Assembly (NCBI GenBank): GCA_963815455.1
Contig: CAWFGO010000001.1
Span: forward strand, 736,001 to 800,000
DNA length: 64,000 nucleotides
Source of the DNA: an uncultured Verrucomicrobiae bacterium
GTDB lineage: Bacteria; Verrucomicrobiota; Verrucomicrobiia; Chthoniobacterales; UBA10450
Direction: 5' to 3'
Of the stretch, positions 21,097 through 31,742 are shown piece after piece. The position numbers and the translations under genes are program-made. How positions within the stretch are numbered: the first letter of the stretch is position 1; each line of letters starts with the position of its first letter. The notes beneath the pieces were generated by a model. The model saw only the letters and a list, made by a program, of their open reading frames with translations, ran no database searches and was not told where the DNA came from.

Positions 21097-21755
21097 CCGG
21101 CCACGCCTTCCAGACCCTTGAGCTTAAGGCGGCCGATGATCTCACCCACAACGCCTTCGATCGTCAGATTGGAGCTATCGATTACATGGGCGTCTTCGGA
21201 AATGATGAGGGGCGAGGCGCGTCGCGAGGAATCGACACGGTCGCGCGCGGCAATTTCGTCCTGCTGACCTTCCGCGGCCCGGCGGCGCAAACGAATCTCG
21301 GGCGACGCATCGACGTAAAACTTGAAAGGCGTATCCGGGAACACGACCGAGCCAATATCGCGGCCTTCCACGACCAGGTCCTGGCCGTGCGCGTAATTGC
21401 GCATCTTTTCGGTGAGGATCCTGCGCACTTCGGGAACGGTGCTCACCTGAGAAACGGCGTTGTTCACGGGATTATCGCGCAGATGCGGTGTTGGATCGAC
21501 ATCGTCGATCAAGATGCGCGATTGTTTGTTAATGATGTCGCAGGCGATTGAGGCCGCCTCAGCGGCCGCACCGATCCGTTGGCCATCATCGGGATCGATC
21601 CCGTGCTCCAGAACATGCCAGGTAATGGCGCGGTACATCGCGCCCGAGTTCACGTAAACAAAATCCAGCCGGCGTGCCAGTTCGCGGGCGACGCTGCTCT
21701 TGCCCGAAGCAGCCGGGCCATCAATGGCTATAACGCGATGGAAATTCTTGTGCAA
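21093..21755 (-). CDS. cmk: Cytidylate kinase
   Basis: IAIDGPAASGKSS, SGAMYRA, EGRDIGSVVFPD, RDRVDSSR. Confidence 0.95.
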   Translation of the reverse strand: MHKNFHRVIAIDGPAASGKSSVARELARRLDFVYVNSGAMYRAITWHVLEHGIDPDDGQRIGAAAEAASIACDIINKQSRILIDDVDPTPHLRDNPVNNAVSQVSTVPEVRRILTEKMRNYAHGQDLVVEGRDIGSVVFPDTPFKFYVDASPEIRLRRRAAEGQQDEIAARDRVDSSRRASPLIISEDAHVIDSSNLTIEGVVGEIIGRLKLKGLEGVAG

Positions 21756-21815
21756 TGGAGTGATTCGCTCGTTTACCGCAAAGAAAGTCGATTACTCCAT
21801 TACTCCAAACCCGAC

Positions 21816-23162
21816 TTATTCCTCGGGACGCGCCGGCGAGAGGGAGCCGATAACCGGCGTGCTGGAACGCATTCGTTTCGAGTTCGTGAATTCTTCCAAC
21901 ACTCCTTGAAAGCCGGGATACGATTCCCGGATGCAGTCGGCGTCTTGAACAATGGTTTCACCGTCGGCAAAAAGACCGGCAACAGCAAAGGCCATGGCGA
22001 TGCGGTGATCGCCGAAACTGGCTACACGCGCGCCGCGCAAGGGCGCCGGCCCGTGGATCTCAATTCCGTCGCTCATCTCGATGACTTGAGCGCCCATAAT
22101 GCGCAAATTATGAGCGATGGCGGCGAGGCGATCGGTTTCCTTGACTCGCAACTCCTGGGCGTGACGAATGATCGTCGTGCCCGTGGCCAGCGCGCCGGCG
22201 ACGGCCAGCACCGGTAATTCGTCGATAAGCTGTGGCACTTCTTTGCCCTGAATGACTGTGCCTTTGAGCGGCGCTCCGGTGACTTCCACGATACCGCGCG
22301 GCTCGAGTTGATCGACATCTTCGACAGCTTCGCGCACCTGAGCGCCCATTCGCACCAGCACACCCAGCAGCGCCGTTCGGGTATCGTTCAAACCAATGTG
22401 GCGCACGAGTAAATGGCCGCCGGGTTGCGCCGCCGCCGCGACCAGCCAGAACGCAGCCGAAGAAATATCGCCCGGAATGGTGAAGTCGCGCGATTCCGGC
22501 ACCTGATCGCCGAAAACCGAGACGCTGCGATCGGTTTTGGCCGTGCGAACGAGAAAATAGCGAAACATCAGCTCGGTATGATTACGGGTGTTCGATGGCT
22601 CGGCCACAGTGGTCTTGCCTTTGGCGAAAAGTCCGGCCAGCAAAATCGCGCTCTTTACCTGGGCGCTGGCCACGGGCGATTTGTAATGAATCCCCCGCAG
22701 CGACCCGCCATGAATCCGGAGCGGCGGCGTTTGCTCCGGCCCTTCAGCCGCGATGTTCGCCCCCATTTTCCGGAGCGGCTCGATCACGCGGTCCATCGGT
22801 CGCCGGGAAAGCGATGCGTCCCCGACGAGACAACTCTCAAAGGTTTGCCCCGCGAGCAAACCGGCCAGGAGTCGCATGGTCGTGCCGGAATTTCCGCAAT
22901 CGATTTCCTCCTTTGGCGGTGTGAGTACGCGTTTCTTGCCGTGCACGACGAGCGTGTCGGGCTCGGGTTGCTCGATCCGAATGCCGAGAGCGCGCAGAGC
23001 GTTGACCGTGTGCATGCAATCCTCGCTCGGCAGGAAGCCCTCGAGCTTGCAGATGCCATTGGCCAGGGCGGCAATGATCACCGCCCGATGCGAAATGCTC
23101 TTGTCTCCCGGCACCGTGATCTCGGTATCGATTCGAGGGGCTCGCTTGACGCGCAATTCCAT
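21816..23162 (-). CDS. aroA: 3-phosphoshikimate 1-carboxyvinyltransferase (EPSP synthase)
   Basis: PGDKSISHR, DCGNSGTTMRL, SAQVKSA, RNHTE, ELRVKETDR, DHRIAM. Confidence 0.97.
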   Translation of the reverse strand: MELRVKRAPRIDTEITVPGDKSISHRAVIIAALANGICKLEGFLPSEDCMHTVNALRALGIRIEQPEPDTLVVHGKKRVLTPPKEEIDCGNSGTTMRLLAGLLAGQTFESCLVGDASLSRRPMDRVIEPLRKMGANIAAEGPEQTPPLRIHGGSLRGIHYKSPVASAQVKSAILLAGLFAKGKTTVAEPSNTRNHTELMFRYFLVRTAKTDRSVSVFGDQVPESRDFTIPGDISSAAFWLVAAAAQPGGHLLVRHIGLNDTRTALLGVLVRMGAQVREAVEDVDQLEPRGIVEVTGAPLKGTVIQGKEVPQLIDELPVLAVAGALATGTTIIRHAQELRVKETDRLAAIAHNLRIMGAQVIEMSDGIEIHGPAPLRGARVASFGDHRIAMAFAVAGLFADGETIVQDADCIRESYPGFQGVLEEFTNSKRMRSSTPVIGSLSPARPEE

Positions 23163-23299
23163 TGATCGCTCTAAGGAAATCGATAATTGGACGCTTCGAT
23201 ACTAGCTGCTAGATGAAGACGGCAACGCTGGGTGACACATCCAGCATCACTATCTAGCATCCCGAATCCGCTGCAACCTTCGATTCAGCGGCGCGCAGA

Positions 23300-23697
23300 C
23301 TACGGAACCAGAAAAATCTTACCCGTGTACAGGATCTTTTACTTCCGTACCTGGCGGGAATCCTTCCACGTCCACATATTTGCCCGGCGAAAAGGGACTC
23401 TCCACCACGTGCGGTTTTCCGGGAACAGGAATTCCGTAGGGATGATCGCCCTTGGCGGCTTTGGTAGGCGCAACCGTCGGGACAGGAGCAGGCGCCGTCT
23501 CCGCTGTCGTTGGCGAAGGCATCGGCGGCGGGCGTTCGGGTTGAATGGCTGCTGCTGAGGCGGATACTGTTGCTGCTGTGCCGTCGGCAGGATATTTGGC
23601 AGCTCTGATGCCGGACGCGAGACGGCGGCTGATCGACCTCTTCGCACGACGTAATAAACAAGGCGGTAAGCAGGGCGAGTGACAGTGAGAATTTCAT
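23300..23697 (-). CDS. Lipoprotein with a Pro/Gln/Thr linker and a conserved ~48-aa C-terminal domain (frameshifted in this assembly)
   Basis: MKFSLSLALLTALFITSC lipobox; pieces across frames end in PYGIPVPGKPHVVESPFSPGKYVDVEGFPPGTEVKDP(Y)TGKIFLVP*; paralogue of 49635-50198. Confidence 0.75.
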
Positions 23698-23889
23698 AAA
23701 AGTCGGTTCGACGTCGAAACTATCTCGATTCCGCATTCGTTGCCAATCGCTAAATCGCTGCAATTCCACAGGCCGCGTCTGCCAGTCGCCAAGAATCGCC
23801 AGCGATGCCGGTTCGCGAAACCGTCTTTCCTTGCCCCGAGGATCGACATTACACTGGCGGGCCGGGTCTCGTCCGAATCAAGAGAGCAG

Positions 23890-25057
23890 ATGGCCGAACA
23901 ATTCCAACAGACCGATTTTGATTATCGACGACGACTCTGTTAGTCGAAAAATCCTGGCGCGCATTCTGACCGAGGCGGGCTACCACTGCGCCGAAGCCGA
24001 CAGCGGGGCAAACGCGTTGAGCGTTATCCGGGCCGAGCAACCTTCGCTTCTGCTGCTCGATTTCGAAATGCCGGAGCTGAACGGCACGGAAGTCCTCAAG
24101 CAATTGCGAGCGGACCCCGATCCCGCCGTGGCCCAAATTCCCACGATCATGCTGACCGGGCATGCCGGCGAAGAAAGCGAAGTGCTTTGCCTTGAAGCCG
24201 GCGCAGACGATTTCGTTACCAAGCCGGTCAATATGGCGGTGTTGCGGGCACGAATCGAAACGCAACTGCGTCTGCGCTCGATGCGCCGGCAACTCGAACG
24301 CCAAAACGACGAGCTCGAAGCCTGGCGTCGCAACCTCGAAAGTGATCTCGAAGCGGCCAGGCTTACCCAGCAATCGCTCATTCCGCAAAAACCGCCGAGT
24401 CTTCCCGGATGGGAAATTGCCGCTTGTTATCGGCCGGTCATTCAAGTGGGCGGCGACATCTATGGCTGGTTGCGCATGAAAGATGGCCGCACGCTGTTTT
24501 GGATCGCCGACGCAACCGGCCACGGCGCTTCGGCCGCGTTGCTGACTACCCTGGCAAAACTGCTTTTTCATCACGGCGCCACGGAAAAGCAGACGCCGGT
24601 AGAGGTGATGCAGGCGATAAACAACGACTTCCGAACCATCTTCGGGGCGCGTTCATTCATGACTGCAATGTGCGTGGCGCTCGATCCGGAGACCGGTCGG
24701 GCGAGCGTATTGGGTGCGGGGCATCCGCCGCTTTTGATCGCGCGCAAGACCGGCGACAAAGAGTCGATTTCATCCGCCACCCCGCCCCTGGGCTTGACCG
24801 AGCAACCCCAGTTTAAGGAAACCATTGTCGATCTGGCCCCGGGCGACGCTTTTCTGCTTTATACGGACGGCTTCTTTGGGGCAGCCCGAGCCGGTCGGCC
24901 CCGATTAACTCCTGATCAGTTAGGCGAAATCCTCGATTCATCCGCTCCCAATGCAGAGGCGCTTCTGGCCCGCCTGCTGAATCAGACGTCCCCCGATCAT
25001 AACGAAAAAGCTCTCCCGGACGACCTGGCGGCACTGGCCGTGCGCCGAATAACATGA
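23890..25057 (+). CDS. Response-regulator receiver + PP2C/SpoIIE phosphatase
   Basis: ILIIDDD, LLDFEMPELNG, GADDFVTKP, VGGDIY, IADATGHG, YTDG, DDL. The ATG at 23890 appears one base out of frame, so the start is uncertain. Confidence 0.88.
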
Positions 25058-25123
25058 AAAATATTTTTTGTTTCTCAAAAATTAGTATTGACCCTCTCAG
25101 GAGCGAAGCAGTAATCACCGTCT

Positions 25124-25402
25124 ATGCCGAAAACAAAGAAAACTTCCAAGCGCAAACCTAACCCCGCCTTCATGAGACCGGTGCAGCCCGACGACAAACT
25201 CTCCGCCATTGTCGGTTCGAAGCCAATCCCGCGTTCCGAGCTCACCAAGAAGCTTTGGGACTACATCAAGAAGAACGGCCTTCAGGACAAGAAAAAGAGA
25301 ACCATGATCAACGCGGACGACGCTCTCCGGGCGGTGTTCAATGGCAAGAGCCAGGTGAGCATGTTCGAGATGACGAAACTCGTCTCGGGACATATTCGCT
25401 AG
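25124..25402 (+). CDS. SWIB/MDM2-domain protein
   Basis: PNPAFMRP, LSAIVG, RSELTKKLWDYIKKNGLQD, INADDAL, VSMFEMTKLVSGH. Confidence 0.93.
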   Translation: MPKTKKTSKRKPNPAFMRPVQPDDKLSAIVGSKPIPRSELTKKLWDYIKKNGLQDKKKRTMINADDALRAVFNGKSQVSMFEMTKLVSGHIR

Positions 25403-25424
25403 ATCAGCGTCTCGCCCATTTTTG

Positions 25425-25452
25425 ATAGCCCGGCGTTCGCGCGCCGGGCTAT
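25425..25452 (+). terminator. Hairpin downstream of the SWIB gene
   Basis: ATAGCCCGGCG-6 nt-CGCCGGGCTAT, an 11-bp perfect stem. Confidence 0.6.
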
Positions 25453-25539
25453 ATCCCTAACATTGGATCGCGCGTCCCCCGCGAGCGCTTCATCGCGTCG
25501 CACTTGCGCGGGCCATTTCGCTGGCCGACCTTCTGCGAC

Positions 25540-26049
25540 GTGAAATATCTAATGATAGGGGCGGCCGCCGTTGTCGGGATCGGGGCCATCCTATTCGCCA
25601 CTCAAAAAGAGAAGGGCCGCCCCGCGGTTTCCCGCCCAGCGGCTTCCCAGCCGGCACCCCAAGCCGAGAGCCTGTGGCTAACCGATTACCAGAAAGCGCA
25701 GGAACAGTCCAAAGTCAGCAATAAGCCTTTGTTTCTCGAATTCACCGGCTCGGATTGGTGCCCGCCCTGCCGTCAACTTCAACGGCAAATTTTATCGGCT
25801 CCGGAATTCCAGGAGTACGCGAGCAAAAACTTTGTGCTGGTCGAGCTCGATTTCCCACGGCGCAAGATCCAGGCGCCCGAAATCGTCCAGCAAAACCACG
25901 CTCTGGCCCGCCAGTTTGGGATCGAGGTTTTCCCCACCGTGATCATCCTGAACAGCAATGGCGAAAAAATTGGCGAGCTGATCGGTTTCGATCCCAGCGC
26001 GGGACCGGCGGGATATATTACTGCTCTGGAAAAATTCCGTAAGAGCTGA
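25540..26049 (+). CDS. Membrane-anchored thioredoxin-family protein
   Basis: N-terminal TM; FTGSDWCPPC, LVELDFP, FPT. Confidence 0.88.
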   Translation: MKYLMIGAAAVVGIGAILFATQKEKGRPAVSRPAASQPAPQAESLWLTDYQKAQEQSKVSNKPLFLEFTGSDWCPPCRQLQRQILSAPEFQEYASKNFVLVELDFPRRKIQAPEIVQQNHALARQFGIEVFPTVIILNSNGEKIGELIGFDPSAGPAGYITALEKFRKS

Positions 26050-26080
26050 GCGCCGGCGTTTTCGGGCGGACGCTGTCGAT

Positions 26081-27973
26081 CTAATCTTTGCCGGAGTCAA
26101 ACGCCTGCTGTAGCACGTCGGCCAATTCGTGCCGCGTAAACGGCTTGGGCAATGCGCCGCGAAAACCGTAGGCCAGGAATTGCGATAGAGCGGCTTCGTC
26201 GGAATATCCGCTGCAAATGATCGCCGTCACGTTGGGATCGACCTGGCGAAGCCGCTCGATGGTCGCCACCCCGCCCATGCCTCCGCGAATGGTCGCATCC
26301 AGAATGACCGCCTGAAAACTCTCGCCCCGCTGCAACGCGTTCTCGTACGTTTTCACCGCTTCAACTCCATCCGGCACCGAGGTGGCCTGGAACCCGAGGG
26401 TCCCGAGCAATTCCGAGGTGAGTTCGCGAACCGCGTCCTCATCATCCATCACCAGGATGCGCACCTGATTGCGACGGGATGACGGATCCTCCTTCACCGG
26501 CCCAGTATCGACAATCTTTTCATCCGGAACGGCCGGAAGATAAAAACTAAACGTCGATCCTTCCGTAGAGGAATTTTCCAGATGCAACATGCCGCCGTGT
26601 TTCTTTACGATCGAATAACTGATTGAGAGGCCGAGGCCGCTGCCATTTGGTTTGGTGGTGAAATAGGGATCGAATATCTTGGTGACAAGGTCCTCATCGA
26701 TCCCCGAACCGCGATCGGCGATTGTGATTTTAAGGTAACGCCCGGGAGGAAGAATCGCGCCCTGCTGCTCCTCCACCTCCACGTTGCGCGCGGAAACAGA
26801 GACAATGCCGCCGTGCGGCATTGCTTCCCGGGCATTCATCATCAGTGCATTGACGACCTGTTTGATTTGTCCGGGATCAACGTTGGCTTTCCACAGTCCG
26901 ACCGGAATGTCCATCACTGCGCGCAGATTGGAACCATAAAGCGAGAATTCAGCGGCCTGACCAAGCAAACCAGAGATCGGTTCCACGCGTTTGAGCGGAG
27001 CGCCACCCTTGGAAAACGTCAGCAATTGGCCGGAGAGATGAGCGGCATGTTGTGCCGCCTGGCCCGCTTTGGAAAGAAACGAGAGCACATTGCCGGCCTT
27101 GCCGTGCGCTTCGATCTGGGCCAGGCCGATGTTTCCCGAGATAACCGTCAATATGTTATTCAGATCATGCGCGATTCCACCCGCCAAAGTCCCGAGCGAT
27201 TCGAGCTTGCTGGTAGTCAGCCGCTCTTCCTCCGTTCGTTTGCGCTCGGTGACATCGCGAAAGAAAACGGACACGCCCCCGCCACTGGGATAGGCGTGCA
27301 TTTCAAACCAGGTTTTCCCCGCGGCATCGCTCATTTCAAATTCCACCGGCACCTGCTCGGTGATCACCTGCTGGTAATTTTTTTCGAAAGCCGAACCTTT
27401 CAAATATGGAAATTCACTCCAGAGCTGTTTGCCTTTCAGCTCGTCGCGGTCCCGGCCGAACAGATTCTCAGCCTGGGCGTTGAGATATGTAAATTTCCAT
27501 TCGCGATCGAGCGCAAAAAATGCATCGGTCGTTTTCTCCAGAATCTCGGTCATCCGGCGGGCCGATTCCTGTAATTCGGCACGGGCCTGATTGCGCTCGG
27601 CCAGGGCCGCAATTCGCCGCTCGGCTACGGACAAACGCACATTCAATAGACCGGGATCAAATGGCTTGGTCAGATAATCGTTGGCCCCGGCAGCCAAAGC
27701 CTGTTTCAGGTCCTTCGTTTCGTCCCGTGCGGTCACGAGCAGAATAAAAATCTCGTCGCCGTTTGGCCCGGCCCGCAGGTTGCGGCAAAGGTCGATCCCG
27801 CTTTTTCCGGGCAACATCCAATCGAGAATCAGGAACGGAAATGCCTGGCCGGCCAGGATTTGCTCGGCTTCTTCCGCGCTGCCCACCGCCACCACCTCAT
27901 GCCCCCGGCGCGCGATCAAACGCTGCAGACTCCTGCGGCTTTCATCGTGGTCTTCGACGAGCAATATTTTCAT
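26081..27973 (-). CDS. Hybrid sensor histidine kinase (REC-PAS-HisKA-HATPase-REC)
   Basis: MKILLVED, PAS domain, GGIAHDLNNIL, NAREAM, DRGSGI, FTTK..GSGLGL, C-terminal receiver ILVMDDE. Confidence 0.93.
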   Translation of the reverse strand: MKILLVEDHDESRRSLQRLIARRGHEVVAVGSAEEAEQILAGQAFPFLILDWMLPGKSGIDLCRNLRAGPNGDEIFILLVTARDETKDLKQALAAGANDYLTKPFDPGLLNVRLSVAERRIAALAERNQARAELQESARRMTEILEKTTDAFFALDREWKFTYLNAQAENLFGRDRDELKGKQLWSEFPYLKGSAFEKNYQQVITEQVPVEFEMSDAAGKTWFEMHAYPSGGGVSVFFRDVTERKRTEEERLTTSKLESLGTLAGGIAHDLNNILTVISGNIGLAQIEAHGKAGNVLSFLSKAGQAAQHAAHLSGQLLTFSKGGAPLKRVEPISGLLGQAAEFSLYGSNLRAVMDIPVGLWKANVDPGQIKQVVNALMMNAREAMPHGGIVSVSARNVEVEEQQGAILPPGRYLKITIADRGSGIDEDLVTKIFDPYFTTKPNGSGLGLSISYSIVKKHGGMLHLENSSTEGSTFSFYLPAVPDEKIVDTGPVKEDPSSRRNQVRILVMDDEDAVRELTSELLGTLGFQATSVPDGVEAVKTYENALQRGESFQAVILDATIRGGMGGVATIERLRQVDPNVTAIICSGYSDEAALSQFLAYGFRGALPKPFTRHELADVLQQAFDSGKD

Positions 27974-28209
27974 TCTTAAGCGCTTCCCCCGTGGATGTTC
28001 CCTTGTCGCTGTGTTCCAGCCACTGTGCAGCGTCACAACGGCCCCGACCTAAAGACCAGCAGGATGACTGCCAATCCTTCAGTTCGGCTGCGCGATCGCC
28101 GGATTGTTCAATGAATGCGCGTGAGCCCGCCGCTCAATGTCGAGGCCGCCGCCTTGCGCAAACAGCGTCATCTGCTAAATACAATCCCATCAAATCGCGC
28201 TGTTCTCTA

Positions 28210-29055
28210 ATGCCCGTTTTTCGCCTGCTCCTTTTCGGTTTTCTCGGGTTCGCCGCTGTCAATCAGCTCCGCCCGGAAACGACCGCTATCCCGGCGCAGG
28301 CTCCCGAAAACGCCGAGCCGAACCGGCCAGCGGAGCCGCGCATCACGTTCAATTGGGTTCATGTGGACGCCCCCTATATCGCCATGACGTTTGACGACGG
28401 CCCAAATCCGAAACTCACGCCGAAACTGCTCGATATGCTCGCAGCCCGGCATATCAAGGCGACTTTCTTCGTGATCGGGCAAAACGCGGCCGCATATCCC
28501 GAGCTGGTCGCGCGCATCGTGCGTGAGGGCCACGAAATCGGGAACCATAGTTGGTCTCATCCAAACCTGGCCCGAATGTCCGACGAATCTGTGCGGCTTC
28601 AGCTCAAGCGAACCGACGAGGCAATTCAACGCGCGGCCAACATTCGTCCAGTACTATTGCGTCCGCCTTACGGCTCGATCACCACTCGGCAAAAACAATG
28701 GATCCACGATCAGTTCGGCTATGAAATCATTATTTGGGATGTCGATCCTCTGGATTGGAGACGGCCAGGCCCAATGGTAGTTTCCAATCGCATCCTGAGA
28801 GAAACTCGCCCGGGCTCGATCGTCCTTTCACACGATATTCATCCAGGAACGATTGAAGCAATGCCTGCCACGCTCGATCAGCTCGCCGCCAAGGGTTTCA
28901 AATTCGTCACCGTCTCCGAGTTGATCAAGCTGGCGACACCCGAGCCGGCCAAGCCCGACCCGGCCACTCGCGCGAAGATTCCATTGCCGCCTGCCAGTCC
29001 GGCGCCAGTTACACGATCGGCGTCGGCTTCGCTGGAAGTCTTAGCTGGCGAATAA
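28210..29055 (+). CDS. Polysaccharide deacetylase (CE4/NodB family), exported
   Basis: TFDDGP, ATFFVIG, GNHSWSH, RPPYG, WDVDPLDW, LSHD. Confidence 0.92.
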   Translation: MPVFRLLLFGFLGFAAVNQLRPETTAIPAQAPENAEPNRPAEPRITFNWVHVDAPYIAMTFDDGPNPKLTPKLLDMLAARHIKATFFVIGQNAAAYPELVARIVREGHEIGNHSWSHPNLARMSDESVRLQLKRTDEAIQRAANIRPVLLRPPYGSITTRQKQWIHDQFGYEIIIWDVDPLDWRRPGPMVVSNRILRETRPGSIVLSHDIHPGTIEAMPATLDQLAAKGFKFVTVSELIKLATPEPAKPDPATRAKIPLPPASPAPVTRSASASLEVLAGE

Positions 29056-29067
29056 TCGCGTTCCGCC

Positions 29068-30783
29068 ATGATTGCGGACCATTATTTGCAGCTTCGGAGC
29101 GAACTGGAGAATGCTCTGGCCGATTTGCTCAAGCTGGCTGCCGAGATGCGCCGCTCCAGCTCGTCGCTGGAGATTATTCAAGGTCTGCTTAGCGATATCC
29201 GCGAACCGTTGCTCATCGTGGCAGTGGGCGAAGTGAAATCCGGGAAATCATCGCTGCTGAATGCCCTCTTCGGCCAGGAGTTTGCCAGGGTCGATGTTCT
29301 TCCGGCAACGGACCGCGTTTGTATTTTCCGGTACGGCGACGAAGAAAAATCGATCGAGGTTTCGCCCAACTTGATCGAACGCTATCTACCGATTCCGTTT
29401 CTTCGCAATTTCAACGTGGTGGATACACCCGGCACCAATACCATGGTGGCGGAACATCAACGCATCACCGAGAATTTCATTCCGCGCGCCGATCTCATCC
29501 TCTTCGTCTTCTCGATTATGAATCCCTGGACGCACTCGGCCTGGGAACTGTTGAGCATCGTTCAGAAGAAATGGCTAAAGAATGTGGTTTTCGTTTTGCA
29601 GCAAACCGATCTGCGCACGCCGGCCGAGATCGAAGTCATTCGCCGGCACCTCCAGGACACCGCGTTGCAGAAACTCGGATTCGCGCCTCCGATCTTCGCC
29701 GTGTCCGCGCGCGATGCATTGCTCGCCCGCACGACTGGGTTGGATAAAGAACGCCTCTGGAACGAAAGCAAGTTTGGCCCGCTGGAGGAACAGATCAATC
29801 TGACCGTTACCGAAGCGGGGGGACGCAGTCTGAAGCTGCAATCGGCCCGCCAAACCGCCCAGCTCATGATCGACGAGGTCGTGACGGAGCTCAGGACATC
29901 ACTGGAAGTGATCGGCCACGACGAAGCGCGCCTGGCGCGGGCGGAAGCATTTCTTCAATCCCGCAAAGAGCAAACCCTTCGGCAAGTGGCGGGACTTCTT
30001 CGCGGAGTCGAAATGGCCTGCCGGGAAGGCGCCGGCCAGGGGCTGAAGCTTCTCGAGGAAAAACTCTCGTTCTGGCGGACCTGGAAAATTATTTTGGCTC
30101 GGGAACGCTGGCAGCACGAATTCCAAAGGGAGATCGAGGCTAAATTGAGGAGATCGGTCGAAGAGCAAGCCGAAAACGCGGTGCAATTACTGGAAACCGA
30201 TTTGCGCGCGCTCTGGCCGCAAGTCTACGACATGATCGATCAACAGCTGGCCGGCGATTTGCAGGAGAAAATTCCCAAAGCAATTCCCGATTTCGTTCGC
30301 CAGCGGCGCGAGCTTCTGCGATCGATCCAGCTGGCCTTGAGCGAACGCGCAGCCGGTAAAGCAGTGGAAGACGAATTGGCGGAGCTTTTTCGCGAAACTT
30401 CCGCGCGCTTGCGCGTGCCGGCCGGTGTCGCCGCCGCCGGCGGCATCGCCACGCTCATCGCCGCAATGACCAGTGCCGCCGTCGCGGACGTTACCGGCGT
30501 ACTGGCGGCTTCGGCTGCAATTGTCGGAACGATCGTCGCCTTTGCTCAGCGGCGAAAAATCTTTAGCGCGTACGAGCAACAGATGGAAACGAGGCGGTCC
30601 GAATTGATGCAAGCGATCGAGCAGCAGCTCAATCACGCTGTGGACTTGTTTTACAAGGAAGTCTCGACTGCGTTTCAGTCCCTGGGCGCGTTTTGCGTTT
30701 CACAACGGCGCATGTACGAACCGCGATTGCAGCGGGCTGAAGAGTTACAGCGGGCGTTCGCCCAGCTATCCTCGCGATTGTAG
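29068..30783 (+). CDS. Bacterial dynamin-like GTPase
   Basis: G1 GEVKSGKS, G3 DTPG, atypical G4 LQQTD, long helical stalk, hydrophobic paddle near the C-terminus. Confidence 0.85.
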   Translation: MIADHYLQLRSELENALADLLKLAAEMRRSSSSLEIIQGLLSDIREPLLIVAVGEVKSGKSSLLNALFGQEFARVDVLPATDRVCIFRYGDEEKSIEVSPNLIERYLPIPFLRNFNVVDTPGTNTMVAEHQRITENFIPRADLILFVFSIMNPWTHSAWELLSIVQKKWLKNVVFVLQQTDLRTPAEIEVIRRHLQDTALQKLGFAPPIFAVSARDALLARTTGLDKERLWNESKFGPLEEQINLTVTEAGGRSLKLQSARQTAQLMIDEVVTELRTSLEVIGHDEARLARAEAFLQSRKEQTLRQVAGLLRGVEMACREGAGQGLKLLEEKLSFWRTWKIILARERWQHEFQREIEAKLRRSVEEQAENAVQLLETDLRALWPQVYDMIDQQLAGDLQEKIPKAIPDFVRQRRELLRSIQLALSERAAGKAVEDELAELFRETSARLRVPAGVAAAGGIATLIAAMTSAAVADVTGVLAASAAIVGTIVAFAQRRKIFSAYEQQMETRRSELMQAIEQQLNHAVDLFYKEVSTAFQSLGAFCVSQRRMYEPRLQRAEELQRAFAQLSSRL

Positions 30784-30796
30784 CCGAGCCGGCCGG

Positions 30797-31624
30797 TTAC
30801 TTCTTTGGACCCGACGCCTTCTGGGCGACTTGCCGCTCGAGTTGGCGGCGGGCCAGAACAAAATTGTTGTTCTCTCCGTAGCTGCGCCAGGGGCCCGGCG
30901 GGATGTCGGCTACATCGACAAACTTCCAATCGGTCACGTCTGTCGGCTGAAGCCCAAGATAATCGCGCACAGCCGGAGAAACATCGAGACCCGCCCCGCG
31001 ATTCAGGTTCGGCTTCGGGCGCTCGTTCTGAAAAACATATTGATAATGATCGGTGCGAAACGGACCGCAATCTTCCCATTGCGCGTAACATGTGCGGTTG
31101 CCTTTGCGAACAGCGATCCACCGGCTCTTGCAAACCGACTGACCAGGGCCGGAGTAGGCCTGTTTGAACCATGGAATTACCAACGGCGCTTCCGGCTTGA
31201 ATTGGCCGTGACTGACGTCGTTATACGGCAGGGCGCAGTAGAACGGATTTTGCCGTGGGATAAAAGCGACTGGGATATAATTGCGCCGGGCCGATGCATT
31301 AGGATTGTCGAATCCGCCGTAATTGGCCGTCCAATTCGAATCCCAGGAGCTCTTGTGATTGGGCACCGGATTGTTCCCAGCAGCGTCTTCACCGATCCAG
31401 AACACCGTAGTCACGATATTCGTCTTCCATGGAAAACGTTGTGTCGCCGGTCGCGAACTGGTTGGCACGAACACCTGCGGCTCGACTTTCAACAACGCTT
31501 TCTCGCGCAAATTTCTGGCGTACTTGGCGAAATCAGCCGCCGTCGCGTAAGGGGAATCCGACTGCCCGTAGGCCGCGAGCCCACCGGTGGTCACCAGTAG
31601 AATGTGCGCAATGAACCGTCTCAT
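30797..31624 (-). CDS. Secreted hypothetical protein with a possible double-psi beta-barrel (RlpA-like) domain
   Basis: Signal peptide; motifs YCALPY, WIAVRKGNRTCYAQWEDCGP and AGLDVSPAVRDYLG resemble DPBB motifs. Confidence 0.6.
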   Translation of the reverse strand: MRRFIAHILLVTTGGLAAYGQSDSPYATAADFAKYARNLREKALLKVEPQVFVPTSSRPATQRFPWKTNIVTTVFWIGEDAAGNNPVPNHKSSWDSNWTANYGGFDNPNASARRNYIPVAFIPRQNPFYCALPYNDVSHGQFKPEAPLVIPWFKQAYSGPGQSVCKSRWIAVRKGNRTCYAQWEDCGPFRTDHYQYVFQNERPKPNLNRGAGLDVSPAVRDYLGLQPTDVTDWKFVDVADIPPGPWRSYGENNNFVLARRQLERQVAQKASGPKK

Positions 31625-31642
31625 TCGGGGATGCCGGAATTG

Positions 31643-31671
31643 TTTGTAACAGATAATTACCTCTGAGGCAA
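31643..31671 (-). promoter_or_regulatory. Sigma70-like promoter with an extended -10
   Basis: Minus strand TTGCCT-N17-TACAAA, preceded by TGn, in an AT-rich intergenic region. Confidence 0.45.
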
Positions 31672-31742
31672 GGCTTTTTACCTCTAAAAGCCAAGGCCGC
31701 TAGAAGTTCTGTATTTTCAAGAGCACTATCCATTCCATCTCT

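Noticed and set aside
27763..28209. Long N-terminal extension of the deacetylase ORF (similar extensions on the SDR, lipase-like, kinase and PEP-CTERM ORFs)
   Set aside because: The extensions overlap other genes or terminators and precede clear signal peptides or domain starts, so downstream starts were chosen.
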